A stretch of 64,000 nucleotides of DNA from assembly GCA_963693365.1 (NCBI GenBank), contig CAVNZM010000001.1, forward strand, positions 17,107,840-17,171,839, read 5' to 3'. This DNA comes from Amoebidium appalachense (taxonomy: Eukaryota > Protista > Ichthyosporea). The notes under the pieces are model-generated. The model worked only from the letters and a program-made list of their open reading frames with translations, searched no databases and was not told the origin of the DNA. Shown piece by piece: positions 1-13,669 of the stretch. Every line of letters starts with the position of its first letter. The first letter of the stretch is position 1. Both the position numbers and the translations under genes were made by a program.

Positions 1-174
1 CCGTATGTTTAACGAGTTTTCTAGGGTGTATGATTATTTGAGTCGTTATCTCCTCCGTATCCGTGAGTAGGGGTTTTTGTATTTTCTTCTCTGAGATATC
101 TGTGATATCTCCGGATTGCTTCTCTTTTCATGAGCATATCAATAAAGTCATTATATAATATTTTCGAGGTATTC

Positions 175-213
<39 letters not shown>

Positions 214-525
214 GGAGGAGGCTAATTTGGACCTATTGCAAAACTAGCCTAGTCAACAGGAACATATGGGCTCCCGCATCATTTGAAACAGAATTCTGAG
301 ACGTTTGCGGCCATGGTGTAAACGCCATGGGCCATGGCCATGGTGCACGTGTACAACAGAATGTCATGCCCAGGGCCATGGCCATGGTATACATGCTGGT
401 GTACATGCCATGTGCCACGGCCACCACTGAAACAGAAGTAGTCATGGCTGTCTGATTGCAATACATATACATGCTTTCAGTTCAGATTTATATCAGCTCT
501 CGCATGCCCTGCGTGCATACCTTCC

Positions 526-539
526 CCCCTCCCCCCCAC

Positions 540-597
<58 letters not shown>

Positions 598-626
598 ACC
601 ACCACCACCACCACCGCCGTCGCCAC

Positions 627-701
<75 letters not shown>
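526..701. repeat. Poly-C tract followed by poly-G tract (self-complementary low-complexity repeat)
   Basis: Near-continuous C run at ~526-600 and G run at 629-701, separated by (CCA)n/GCC. It typifies many such tracts in the window. Run lengths may be inflated by sequencing. Confidence 0.85.
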
Positions 702-705
<4 letters not shown>

Positions 706-760
706 GTGTCTAACAAGGTGTAAAGGGGGATATCTATAGGGAAGGGGGACCCACCGGCGT

Positions 761-1229
761 GGCTGGGGTGAATACCCTGGTCTAAGTGTGTGCAAATAGT
801 TAGGATTGTTAAAAGTTTGCCAAGTTAGCTTAGCTAATAATACTGTAGCACCCTAGCTAGAGTACTGTCGGTGCTGGGTGGAAGATGGTAGTTCCCCATG
901 AGCACCCCAAGGGGTCCCTCCGGGAACAAAACGGGATAAACGTTTTTGGAAAAAAAAAGAAACAAAGGGAAAGGGGGAGGTTGGCATAAATCTCGTCTTT
1001 TATCCCGTTCTGTCCCGGGGGGGGGGGGGGGGGGGGGGGGAGGGGAAGAGGGGGGGGGGGGGGGGGGGGCTGCTTAGGGGTCCCTCACGAGAACTACCAT
1101 CGATATCTTTCGCTAAGCATCGACTGTACCCTACCTCCAGGAGTGCTAATAGTGCATTCAGCTAAGCTAACACACCTTTACCAATCCTAACAGCTAGTAC
1201 ACACCTAGCCCAGGGTTTTTGCCCCGGCC
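761..1229. repeat. Degenerate long inverted repeat (MITE/foldback-like)
   Basis: Left arm ~761-940 pairs with right arm ~998-1229. Examples: ggctggggtgaataccctgg / ccagggtttttgccccggcc; ttaggattgttaaaag / cctttaccaatcctaa; ttagcttagct / agctaagctaa; gatggtagttc / gaactaccatc; aacgggataaa / tttatcccgtt. Confidence 0.75.
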
Positions 1230-1875
1230 TCATTAGTGGAGAGGGTGACATAAAGAGGATAGGGTCAAGGGGGAGGGGGATAAAGGGAAGTTTGGCGGTT
1301 GGGAGGACGGGGGGAGGGGAGGGCTGAAGGTGGGGGAATTGCGCCGGGGAGTTGAGGCACGCTTTTAAAATCTCCTCCAATCATTTACAGCTCTGTCTCG
1401 GGCATCCACTAGGTCTAGGCCCCAAGCTTGCACGTAAATTTTACATCCGGTTTATCTCAGGTGCGTCCATCACAGCCAGGTGGTGGTAGGCGCCTGCAGC
1501 TATTTATTTGTCGAAATTATTCATTTCGGGAAAATAATAATGACCGACTATTTGATTTGTACTACGTGTCAATGTATGTCCTCGTATACGATATCAGTTA
1601 TTATCATAGTGATGCCCATAAAGCAGAGGAAAACCTAATGCTAAACAAAACCACAGTCCGGTCCCAGCCAATCAATTCATTCCTTTATGTAATCACCTCT
1701 TAATGTTTACGCTAACCTTCCGAATTGAATGTTTACGTTACCCGTTTCTTTCCAGACTTGTGCTATCCCCAACGCCACTACCCCCTTATAACGGCTGCAA
1801 TACCAAAAAAAAACTTGCACTCCTGCCTAAGTCTCGCAATCATTCAACCAACTAATCACATCCACCGATTATATT

Positions 1876-2708
1876 TTACGCCAGTACGGTGTAAATGGCT
1901 GCCACAACCGCAGCCACCACACACCGCATCCCAACCACCACTGATTCCGCCGCATTTCGCTGAGGGGCAGTTATCCCACCATCCCCACCAGTGCCTGGCA
2001 CTGTTGGTGTGCTTTCCCCCTTGATCGGATTTGAGCCACCCTCCACACCACTCTCCATCTTCCATGTAAATACCTTGGGGGGCTGGGCCACGATCTGGGG
2101 GGTGTAGCTGTCGCTGGATGACGTCAGCTCGATAGTGACGGTGTTGTTGTTGACCTCGACACTGTAGCGTGAAATGAAAGAGGAATAGAAGGGAGATAAT
2201 AGAAGGGAGATAAGGTGTGGTGGGAGGGGTGAGAAAGGTGGAGAGGGTGGGTGGTGGCGGTGGGCCGGGGAGGGGGGGGGAAGGGGGGGGGTGGGATAAT
2301 GGAAAGGGGAGGGGAGAGGACGGTGGAGCAGTAGGCGAGGAGGAGGAGGGAGAGGGGGGAAGGGGGGAAGGGGGGTGACAGCCTGAGGTTAGGACAGTAT
2401 AATACGTCCTACATCCTTATCTATGCCAGCCGTGCACAGAGATAAGTTTGGCACGAGAAAAGTGTTGGGGTGCAGTTGGGACATGGGGCCGGGCTAGACA
2501 AGTGAAAAAAGTGCGGCAGAGAGAGGAAGGGGAGAGAGAGGTTGCGCCAAAAGGGGTGGGGGGGGGAGTTCATTATGGGGGGCTGGGGGGGGGGGGGGGG
2601 GGGGGGGCAGGTGGAGGGGGGAGGGTGGGGAGGGGGCGAGGAGGGATGGACCAGCATGAGAATAATTATGGAAGGTGGTTTGAAGGAGATTGAAAAGGGG
2701 GTGGGGGG

Positions 2709-2755
<47 letters not shown>

Positions 2756-3340
2756 TAAGGTGCATCATGCACGTACGTGTGGATAGCATCAATGCCGTAG
2801 AGCTCGGGGTTGAATCCAGCCAGCTGCAGTTTTGTGCTGCGCCTGATGGTGAGCACTGGCTTGCACATGTCATTGCCTTTTATGGACACACTGCTCATCT
2901 GCCCGTCCTTAAGGTTGGCATCGGCCTCGATTCCACACGTGTCACGTGACAGACGTTCCAAGTAGTGTGTCCCAATATTGTCCATCTGCGAAATTTCCCG
3001 GGGGGGGGGGGGTTGGAGGGGGGGAAAGGGGGGGGGGGGGGGGGGGGGGTCGGTTAGAGATTTGCTATGTATGTAATATAGGGATACTATCTTTAAATAG
3101 GTGTCATGACCTTGCATGCAGTGTGTGCCTTTATGTGTGGGCGATCAAGGGCAGGAGTGGGCAGAGGGGTTAAGGGAGGGAGAGAGTTGTAATGCCGATT
3201 GTATTGGTTGCACATCAACTTCTTTGTGTGAGTACGTGTGGGTACAGAAGCTTGCATCTCTTTTCTTTTCTTTCTTTCAAATTCGTTTTTCCTTCTTTCT
3301 CTTTGTGTGTGTGGATTTTTTTCCTTTCTTTTTTTTTTTT

Positions 3341-3372
<32 letters not shown>

Positions 3373-3379
3373 GGGGGGG

Positions 3380-3410
<31 letters not shown>

Positions 3411-4729
3411 ACGGACGAAGGGAAAGGGGGAGGGGGGAGTGAGTGGCTAAACTTGAGGAGGGGCCTGGGGGGGGTGGGGGGTTGGGGGGGTGGATAGGGA
3501 GGGAGAAGGGTAGGGGGGAGGGGGGGGGGAGGGGGGGTTATTTCGTACCTTTGGAGACCTGATGGGGATCTTGCTGACCATGTTCATGTAGCGGTAGAGG
3601 GTTGCATCAGCAAAGTAGGTGACCAGTGTGATGGTGTCCTGGGTGTCCTTCTTGGTGAAGGCGTGCAGGTTGGCCTGATGGAACATGTAGGGGTCGTGGC
3701 GGAATGCAAGCAGGTAGTACATGGCGTTGAACGCTTGCCTGTTTAAGCAAGTGTGTGAGTGATGATTGGTGCAGTCGGTGTGGCTCGATATAATAGTTTT
3801 CTGGTAGAAAGGAGCACAAAAGGAAAATGTATCGAGACCCCCAAAGAGCATAAGCCCCCTTTCCCCCTCCCCCCCCCCCCCCCCTCCCCCCCCACTCCCC
3901 CCCCCCCCCCAAGGCGGGCGCCCATACATACACCATCACCGCCCATGACACATCCACCCATCCACACGTGCACTTATAACCAATACTTCTGTCCGGATAT
4001 CGAAAACACCACGAGTTATAACCTGGCAGAGTCATGCATTGCCTTTCAGCAAGGGCCGCACCCTCCCCCCCCCCCCCCCTCCCCCCACCTCCACCCGCCC
4101 TCCCACTCCTCCCCCTCCCCCCCCCCACACACACACCCTCCGGTGTGCCGTTTCTCACCTGTCAATAGCCTCATCGAGTGTGTAAATCTTGTTGGCACAG
4201 GGGGGTCCAAATGTGCCCCAGCACTGGCTGGCCCCTGGCTGGTTGTAGAACTGCAGGAACCGGTCCTCGTTGTGCACGTTGTATGCAATGCTCAGAGAGT
4301 GACGGGGCAGAATTACAAGCCCCGGCACGGTGTAGTTCTCGGCTTTGGTGACGTAGGGGTGGTGCGGGGACACCTGGGGGATTGTGGCATTAGCATTCGG
4401 CTGCATGTGTCTGTGGATGTTTAATTGTATGGGGTCTGGGTGGATGTCTTGCATTATTACCATCGACAAACCCCCACCCCACGGACCCCCCCCCCCCCCC
4501 CCCCCCCCCCAAATCCCCACCCACCCCAGCATCCCTCAAATCCCTTCCATCTGCACCTTTTTATGTTTCCCCCAGATCCGCATAATCTCTCACTTTCCGG
4601 GTAACGTAATAATCTCATAAAGTGCATTTGGGTTGTTGGTAGGGGTGCAGAAGAGGACAAGGTGGGGGGGGGGGGGGGGGGGGGGGGGTAAAAGGGGTGT
4701 ATGATAGGAACAGGGCGGCCCAGGGGACG

Positions 4730-4761
<32 letters not shown>

Positions 4762-5114
4762 AGACGGACCTTGTCACCGTACAGCTCGGGGCGGCTGTTG
4801 TCACCCGTCACATGGAGGATGCCCATCTTCTTGAACGTTTGATGTAGCAGAGAGTTGTCGGGCCGGGGGGGGAACGATGCAAATTTGTTTTCGGGCCAGT
4901 ATTTGGAGGCGTCAAACTGCCAGCCACGTGGAACCAGGCCTGAAATTTCGGGGGGAACCAATGAGTTCTTGGAGAAGCGGTTGGTGGGCAGGCGGTAGCC
5001 CTTAACCCCGTTCTTGCCGTACCGGGCCAGAAAATTTGCGGAATTTGTGTCGAGGAAATACTCGTTGGGGAAGACGGCTTTGTTGATTCTGATGTTGTTT
5101 CCCATGCCAAGGCT

Positions 5115-5152
<38 letters not shown>

Positions 5153-8100
5153 AACATAATTTGGTTCATGTACAATCTACGATAGAAGGGGCCGGGGGGG
5201 GGGGGGGGGGGGGGGGAAGGCAGTGGAATGGCAAGAGAGAAAGGAAAGCAAGACTGGTGTGAGGTGGCTGCCCCCGGGCCGGGGCTGGGGGGAGGGGGGG
5301 GGGGGGAGGGGAGGGGGGTATCGAGTAAACAGCCACAGCAAGGCATATACCCCCCCCCCCCCCCCCTACCACCACCACCATCTCCCCCCCCCCCCCCCCC
5401 CCCCCCCCCAACACACACACACACAACAACAAAACACTGACACATACGCACACGCTCACACACCTGCTCACACTATACCTGTGGCTGCCTAACCACTCGC
5501 ATCCTGCATCCCCCCCCCCCCCCCCCTCCCGTCCCCCTCTCTCTTCCACCCCCTCCTCCCCCCACCCCTCCCCACCACCTTCCCCCCTCCCCCTCCCCCC
5601 CACACACACACACTCTCATCACCACTACCCTCCACCTCACCCCCTCCACCCACACCAGTGTGTTTTGCACTTACTCTGCATTGTATTTGAGCTCTGCCTC
5701 CATCCGTGCAGCAGGCAGGGGGCAGACCGTATTTGGTGTCTTGCAGTCGTCAAAAGCCGCGTAGTCGAGGTGTTGGTGGGTCCACGTATGAGATACCCAG
5801 TTGAACTCCTTGGCATTTTGCATGCTGACAAGCGTGAGCGAGTCCCCGTTTGCAATGTCCTCTGCGGGCGTGAAGAAAAGGTTGGAAGGGGTTAGTCAAA
5901 GAATGATATTTTGCACATGACAAACTGTAGAAAGTGAGGATTTTTCTTCCCCTCCTCCCCCCCCCCCCCCCCCCCCCCCCCCCCCTTTTTGTTTTTAAAG
6001 AAAAAAAAAAAATTGTGGAAGTGCACGTATGCTGCATGTGTTTTTCTGGAGTCAACGTTGTGTTCGTCGAACACACACTGTGCGAAATGAGTAGCCATAT
6101 GCACGTTGATTTGGTTTGCTCAACGGGCCGGGCCGGGGAAATTTTTTTTGCGGGAGGGAAGGGTATGGCAGGTCTGATTTAAAAGGATCGGGTACCAGTA
6201 AGCGGAGACACTGCATGTGAACACGTGTGTGTGTGGGTCAGCAAGAAGGGGAAGTGTTTGTGTACGTGGGAGTGGGTGTGGGTGTTGGAGGGGGGAGGGG
6301 GGGGGGGGGGTGGATGAACGGTCGAGAGTTAGAAATAATCTGAAGTATACAAAGGAGGTATTGACAGGCGGGGATCAGACCCTAGGGGGGTTGTTTTGCA
6401 TAAAGACCCCATGCACCGTGATCCCCCCTTCTAATTCTGTTACACGTACCGTCAGTCTCATAGTCTGCGTATGAGAGGAACCCAGCCCCGTTGTAAGCCA
6501 GTTCGAAGCGGAAGTCAGAGCCCTCGGGCAGCTGATGTGCCTGGTTCAGATTCCTCTGCCAGTTGAGCACATACTGAAGAGACTTGCCGCTAGTGCGCAC
6601 CTTGAGTTGGAAATCCGGGAAAATTGCCGTTTTCGCGTACCAATCGTCAATGTGCAACTGGAAATTTGCCTTGCGCTGGCCCAGGAAGATGCCCTTGGTG
6701 GCCCATCCAAACCAGAGGTTGGCTAGGGCAAGGTTGGTGATGGTGTCCTCCCCATCCGCCTGTAGTAAGGCTCGCCATGTCAATCATACGATTTCTGTTT
6801 GTACTTTTCAGAGAACCACAACTTCCTCAAGTGGCTATATTTTACCCCGGATATACCCTATGTAATACAAGGACAATGGCTCTGGTAGTGGTGATGTATG
6901 TGTTTTGGGGGGGATGGGGGCAGGCAAACTGTAGATATACTACGAAAATAGCTGCAGGTTAAGGGTTGGAAACGAGATGTGTGTGTGGGGTGGGATGTTG
7001 GAAATAGGGTGGTGTGGTGTTATGTTACATAGCGCATACATTTTGGAGCTTGTCTTGTTGGTTGAGCTTGCAGATTGTGCGGGGGCAGATGTAGTTGAAG
7101 GTTGCGTCCCAGCCAAAGTACATCTCCTCCGTGCCGTAGGACGTTTTGGAGACAAATGCGGCAATGGGGCCGTTGGAGGGTGCGGATGTTAGGCCCTTGC
7201 CACCGAACCGCATGAAGACTTGGACGGCATTCTCGTCACATTGGAAGGGTTTGGGCTTCATGCTCCTGTGTGAATGGAAGGGTTGCTGATAGTGTTTTGT
7301 ACATGTGTCATTGCTAGCCGTGCAGCAGCATAAAGCCAAATTGATTGCAGCACAAAGGCACGTGGATACGTACACGTTGCAAGAGCTTTGCAGATCTAGT
7401 TAAAACTGTTGAACAAACCGGTTTTCAATACCATGCACCACGCTTTATCACTCTCTTCCTTTAAATCTTCCTTGTTCCACCCTTAGCCCCCTCCCCATCC
7501 CCCCACCTCCCCTCTCTCCTTCCAATCCCCCCTCACCCCTTCCCGGGCCCCTCCTCCCCCCGCCTCCCCGCGCTCTCTCCTCCCAACCGGCTCTTCGCCC
7601 CTTTACTAGCTTATATCTCAGTGACTGTAATCAACACACACAGTTTCGGATTTAGTGTGCTGTGCTTTATATTGCTTCATTTTCAACAGCTACATCGAAC
7701 AGCACAAACTATACTGTTTCCACTAACAATCCGACTGAGCCGAATGCAGCATTCTCCTATGTGCCAATTTGTGGCCCATACATAGTGAATCTATTAATCC
7801 GTCGTGAGCTCAGCGGCGTGTTGCCATAGCACAAGTTTACCCATCATCGGATGAGCGTGATTGAGAATTTCCTACTGGCAAGCGGCACCGGTCCTGCATG
7901 CAAACAGGCACACATGTCCGTCGCATGATAGTTGATATGTGAAACCCCACAATTTGACTTAGGCTTGATGTGTGACGAATGAATGAAATGACTGGTGACC
8001 TAGCAAGCCACTTGGCCTTTACTATCCTTCGAGTGATGCGCGGCTTCTCCGATGTAAGTGGAGTCCTACACACAAAAGGTCTAACATAGCATTCAGACTA

Positions 8101-8931
8101 GGTTAGGGCGCCTACTACAGTGACAAAATATGTTCATACCGGAGAAGATATCGATGGTCTTTGGTTTTCTTTTTCCGCTTCAGCCCCCCCCCCCCCCCCC
8201 CCCCCCCTCCCCCCCTCTTCCTTCCCCCCCCCCCCCCCCCCCTCCCCCCCCCCCCCCCACCCATCCCACCCCACCCGAGCTCCCCTCCCCACAGACACAC
8301 ACCCCACATCTCTCCGCTAGTTATGTGCCGAGCTTTATCCCTAGGCCTCTTCCTACATGTTTCTCGTTAATGAACTCTTGATCTAACGCAAGGGTTTCAT
8401 CGCGGGAACTTACGTGAAATCATAGATTTTCCAGTAGCCATAGTCATTGACCGCATCCGAAATAGCGGGGTCTTTTGCCACGGCCTTGGCATCCATACCC
8501 ATGTGAACGTTGGCTTCATCGCCGTTGGGGGGATTTTCCCATCCGCCCTCGCCTGCATTCTCCACCGCAGTGCACCCGCTGCCTGTGATGGTTGCCGAGC
8601 TCTTGGTGTTAAGGAACACAATACGCACATTGTACTTCTTTGCGTACGCACGGAGGGCCGGGAGATAATCGATAACGGAGGGATCCCTGTCGCCCGCAAC
8701 AATGATGGCACTGTACAGTCCCCTGCCGTTTTCTTCGAATTTGGTTGCCGCGGCGCTTGCACTCACGTCGAAGTGCGTGCCCACACCCTCCAGGTACACG
8801 CGTGCAATGGCTGCCTGCTGTTCGTACGCGGCAAGCACGAGGGTGGACAGGCGCACAGAGGCTGCGGGGGTGTCAGAGATCTGCCCCTGGACACTGGCCA
8901 CCGCCATCATCAGAGCCACAAGGGTCTCCAT
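1876..8931 (-). CDS. Agd3-like (CE18) polysaccharide deacetylase, secreted, probable GPI anchor; about 9 exons
   Basis: Spliced exons give a signal peptide (METLVALMMAVASVQG; alternative ATG at 8976). Motifs: WATKGIFLGQRKANFQLHIDD (catalytic DD), FNWVSHTWTH (metal-binding HxxxH), GDNSRP, and RHDPYMFHQANL, which resemble Aspergillus Agd3. The C-terminus RNAAESVVVGMRCVVAAVVAAIYTVLA* looks like a GPI signal. The junctions I checked are GT-AG and in phase. Confidence 0.8.
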
Positions 8932-10975
8932 CTTAACAAGGCCCTTCACGGCCTCGTAAAGCCCTAGAGGCGTCATGTTGTCTGTTTGTTTCTGAGTTAA
9001 GTTTCTGCACAAACGTCGCTTCTGCTGGGGTCTGAAAAACAGCTGCGCGCTAGCAGATGGCAGCGAGCGAGACACCTTTTATTTGCAGCTGGTGAATACG
9101 GCGCTCACGGCGTCCGCGTATAAGATACAAGTGGATACAACGGTTTCACACACATTTCCCTAATTGGAGCGTCTTTAGCTGTTGATTACAGCAACATACA
9201 TTGGGGTTTCACAGACACTAAACTACAGACTGGAAATCTTTACCTTTGATACCCATGTCTTTATCGTGGGTTTATAGAGAGTAGACACCATCAACCCCCC
9301 TGGGCCAGGCCTTCGCTCATATTTACGGGTGTGAGGTCTTATGAATGGATTGCGTCTGCTCGGTGCATTTTAGACCAATCAAAATTGACTTTAAAAAGCC
9401 GAGAAGGGTGTAAAATGTTTGAAAGCAAGTCTATTGGATCTTTTGAAGCCTCACAAGCTCGCAATGAAATGCTCGCCGCACATATCACACGTCCATAAAC
9501 CCAGTGGGTAACCACGAAATAATATACTTGAAAGGCCAACTTTCGTCTGCTATAAAGTGTCGAAATATGCACGAAGGATAAGAGAGCCGCAAGTCTATCT
9601 ACGCTAGTACGCATTCAGGAAAGAAGATATCGATCTCAATCGATCGACTCTTCCTCTGACTAGAGTACTCACCCTGCAACACGTGCACCATTATAGGCAT
9701 GTGTGGGCTCGACGGTCATTACAATCAGGTTACATGATATATTACGACGTTCAATACCTCAGATATCGCTTATGTTATACAGCATATACATGCCAGTACA
9801 AATTCATATATGCTTCATGACACTACACAGTCCGGCAGCCTCGCGGCGGCATGTGCAGGGCGACGATTGGCATGTGAATGATCTGATTCATGCATGCGTA
9901 TGTCTGCTGAGTTTTGTACTTAGAACCTGTAAATTTACCGTGTTCAGCTATATAAACCTTTTCTTCCATACAATTGAATGCAACAGATATATACACCCCA
10001 GCCAGACGTGAGAGGCGAACCAGTCCAGAGGGAGCGGAGGGTGTACACGTTCGGAACACGGTGGGGCCACAACACTCACCCTATAGTCACTTTGAGTGCT
10101 GTCTCCCTGCGGCCTATCACATACCTTGTATGTTGCCCAAGGCCTCTTTAGGAGGCCTTGATGTTGTCGCAGGCGACAGTCCCTAGACAAAGTTTGATCG
10201 CGGGTAATCGGATCTTGCTTTACGAGCGGCGATTGGTTCAAAATGACGCAGCCTACCAAAGTAGTAAAAAGAGATGTAATAAGATTAAATATTCGCTTTA
10301 AAACGTTTGAGCATTTCGATTGGTCATTACATTTTGAGCAATTGTATTGGTCATTACAGCCACAAGGACCCCCCTGGAGACGTCCCGCAGCATCTTAGGC
10401 CGCCCCGGCCACCTACGGTACAAAGCCTTCGGGAGACTACTCACCCTATGTATTTGGGGTAGGTGATTGATGATTGGATGTCTTGATTGCCATCCAGATA
10501 TCCGATTATGATTGGTCAGTAAGGTAAGTAGTCTATAATATGATTCGCTAAGAATGCATCACTCAGGAAAGCGCGGCAAACAAATATGATGCTACTTCTT
10601 CCGCATTGGAGTCGGCGAGTCCGAGCGGAGCTCAATGGTTTGCGACGCCGAACGTGATGATGATTCGCTCATGCCTTTCCCAGTACCACCATCCCCAGGC
10701 CATTTCCCCCCTCCCCCCCCCCCTCCCGAAACAACACCCCTCTTCCTCCCTCGGCCCCCTTTCCCCCTCCTTTCCCCTTCCCCCCCACTTCCCTCTCCCT
10801 CCTTCCATCATTTTCACCCACTGCACATTTCCCTAAAATTCATCTTCATGTTTGTGTGTGCACGTGCGTGTGTACGAACTTGAGGCTGCATGTGTGTGTG
10901 TCACTGTGTGTGTGTGCGCGCGCCCGTGGGTGTGTGTCGTGACGGTGTGTGTGTGTGTGTGTGTGTGTGTCTCTG

Positions 10976-11028
<53 letters not shown>

Positions 11029-11215
11029 GTGTGCGTGTATGCGTGTGTGTGTGTGTCCGTGTGCGTGTGTGTGTGTGTGTGTGTTTATGTGCGCGCGCGT
11101 GTGTCGTGCGTTCGTGTGTGTGTGTGTGTGTTGGATTGGTTTTAACTTTATGGCGTTTTTGTGGGGGTGGGGGGTGGGGTGGGGGTGGGAGGGGTGTGGG
11201 GAGGAGAGGGCCCTG

Positions 11216-11259
<44 letters not shown>

Positions 11260-11582
11260 GATTAGGGACCGTCGACATTGTTGTGATGGTGGTGGTCGAT
11301 CACTGTGTGTGCGTTCTACAGGGGTAGGCCGAACTCAAGATCACGTGGATTTTCGCCGCAGCCAGCTAGAATCTTATTTCCAGACCCCCATATGTCCCAC
11401 AATAACAAAAGGAAGAAAACTCTTAATTTTCATATGTGCAATGGGGGCTAGCTAGCCAACTAGAATCTAATTTTTTCAAAATTTCCTAGCGCTAGAATCC
11501 TACATTCGCATTAAGAAAATCTTAAATTTAGCATAACTGTATGCGTGTGCTTGGTGGTAGTGGTGGTGGTGGTGGTGGTGGT

Positions 11583-11610
<28 letters not shown>

Positions 11611-11617
<7 letters not shown>

Positions 11618-11706
11618 TGGGCTTTAAGGGGAGGGAGGGCGGTTGCTTAACTTTGATGAAAAAAAAGGGGGGAGGGGGGGTGGGAGGGGGAGGGGTGTGT
11701 GTATCT

Positions 11707-11737
<31 letters not shown>

Positions 11738-11834
11738 GGGGGGGGGGATGGGCTTTAAGGGGAGGGAGGGCGGTCGCTTAACTTTGATGAAAAAAAAGGG
11801 GGGAGGGGGGTGGGAGGGGGAGGGGTGTGTGTAT

Positions 11835-11840
<6 letters not shown>
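11611..11840. repeat. Tandem direct duplication of ~130 bp
   Basis: atgggctttaagggagggagggcggt(t/c)gcttaactttgatgaaaaaaaagggg...gtgtgtgtatct occurs twice, at ~11617 and ~11748. Confidence 0.85.
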
Positions 11841-11921
<81 letters not shown>

Positions 11922-12276
11922 GCGCGCGCGCGTGTGTATGTGTGTTGGGGGTGCCGTTGGGATAAGTTGGGGCATGTCACAGAGATATGCATGGGGGGAG
12001 GTGAGGGGTTGTGTGGGGGGAGGGGCAGGGGAGAGGGCCCGGAGGGGTTCCTCGAGGGGGCGGTCGTGCCCATTGAGTGTGTATCCAGCATGACCACTGG
12101 AAGAATAAACAGAACAGATGGAAAACAGCAAACTAATACTGCCTTCAAAATGATATTCTGGTATGAGATGCAGGTATGGCACTGAAGCAGATATCATCCA
12201 TAAAAAGTGTCTCAGTCAGTGTTTTGGTGCCTGGGCCATTTCTTGATTTTTCCTGGTATGGCCGCACACAGTTCGC

Positions 12277-12310
<34 letters not shown>

Positions 12311-12562
12311 GGGAGCTCCCCCCCGTTTTCCCAAGATCCGTTCCCCTCCCCCCTTAAAAAAACGCATGATGCAAACAGTCACCGAAACAAAACGGTTACG
12401 CAATTGGGCACATACTGGTGGCACTGCACACAGATACGGGCACAGGCACACACACACATGCACACCCACGTGTGTGCGCGTGCGCGCTCAAGCACACACT
12501 CCTTGTATCACTTAGTCATTATACTTTCAACTTATTTCTGAGTCGACGGTTGTGCACACACG

Positions 12563-12612
<50 letters not shown>

Positions 12613-13669
12613 CACGCACATGCACACACACACACTCACACGCACACGCACACACACACAATAGCCCCCCCCAGCAAATACCCCCTCCCCCTCCCCCCCC
12701 CCCCCCCCTTGAAGCTGTATGCATCGTAATCATTGATATGCTCGGATCGCAGTGATAGACTAGCTTCAAGCTTAAACTGAGCCGCTCTTAAAGAAAACAC
12801 AACACGTAAGCCCCCTCCCCCCCCAGTCTGTACCCTTTCCTCTGGCCTTTCTCCGCCACACACCCCTACCCGTCTGTACGTGTGTACGCGGGGCAAACAC
12901 ACTCATTCGCGTACTGCATGAACCATGTTGTCGTATAGTATGATATGTCTGCCTAAAATCAGTACCCCCGGGCCACGGTATAGAGAAAGCATGGGCCGAG
13001 GGGTTGGGAATGTGAGAAGTACATAGGAGGGGGGGGAAAGGGGGGGGGGGGGGGGGGGGGCTGCAAGCAATACGTAAGAAGCCTCTTTGATGCTCGCTTT
13101 GTGGTGCGTAGATTGTTTTCGGCTTCTGCTAGTCTAATTATCATCAGCACAGCAGCACCCATATGCCTACATGGGCATAATCTGATTGAATACCTACAGC
13201 TCATATTTATCGTACTATTGTTCAAGTAAACGGTTAACTGCACTCACACATCAAGCATCCATTGTAAATTGACATTGTTGTTGTGATCTATATGTATAAC
13301 TTATCATAATGATCATGATTGCACTCGTACCCCAAATAAACTTATCTACACTTAGTGTTCCCGTCAATATATACTGAGTCTCCGATCTACACTCTTGAGA
13401 CTTGAATCAGATATACCAACTTACACTTGTACTTAAAAGGGTACCGGTGTAATCTTCGATATACGGTGTAGCATGATGTATACAGAACCAAATAAGGCTA
13501 AAGACACACAGGAACACATCGAGACACTATCTATCTACGATACTATTTACATACATGCTGCCTATATGCTTTTTGACTACTAATCAGACAGTATGTTGCG
13601 CACTCCTCACCAATAAATATATACAAATAATCAAACTAAACATTATAATTTTGGAAAAGATTTTACGTA

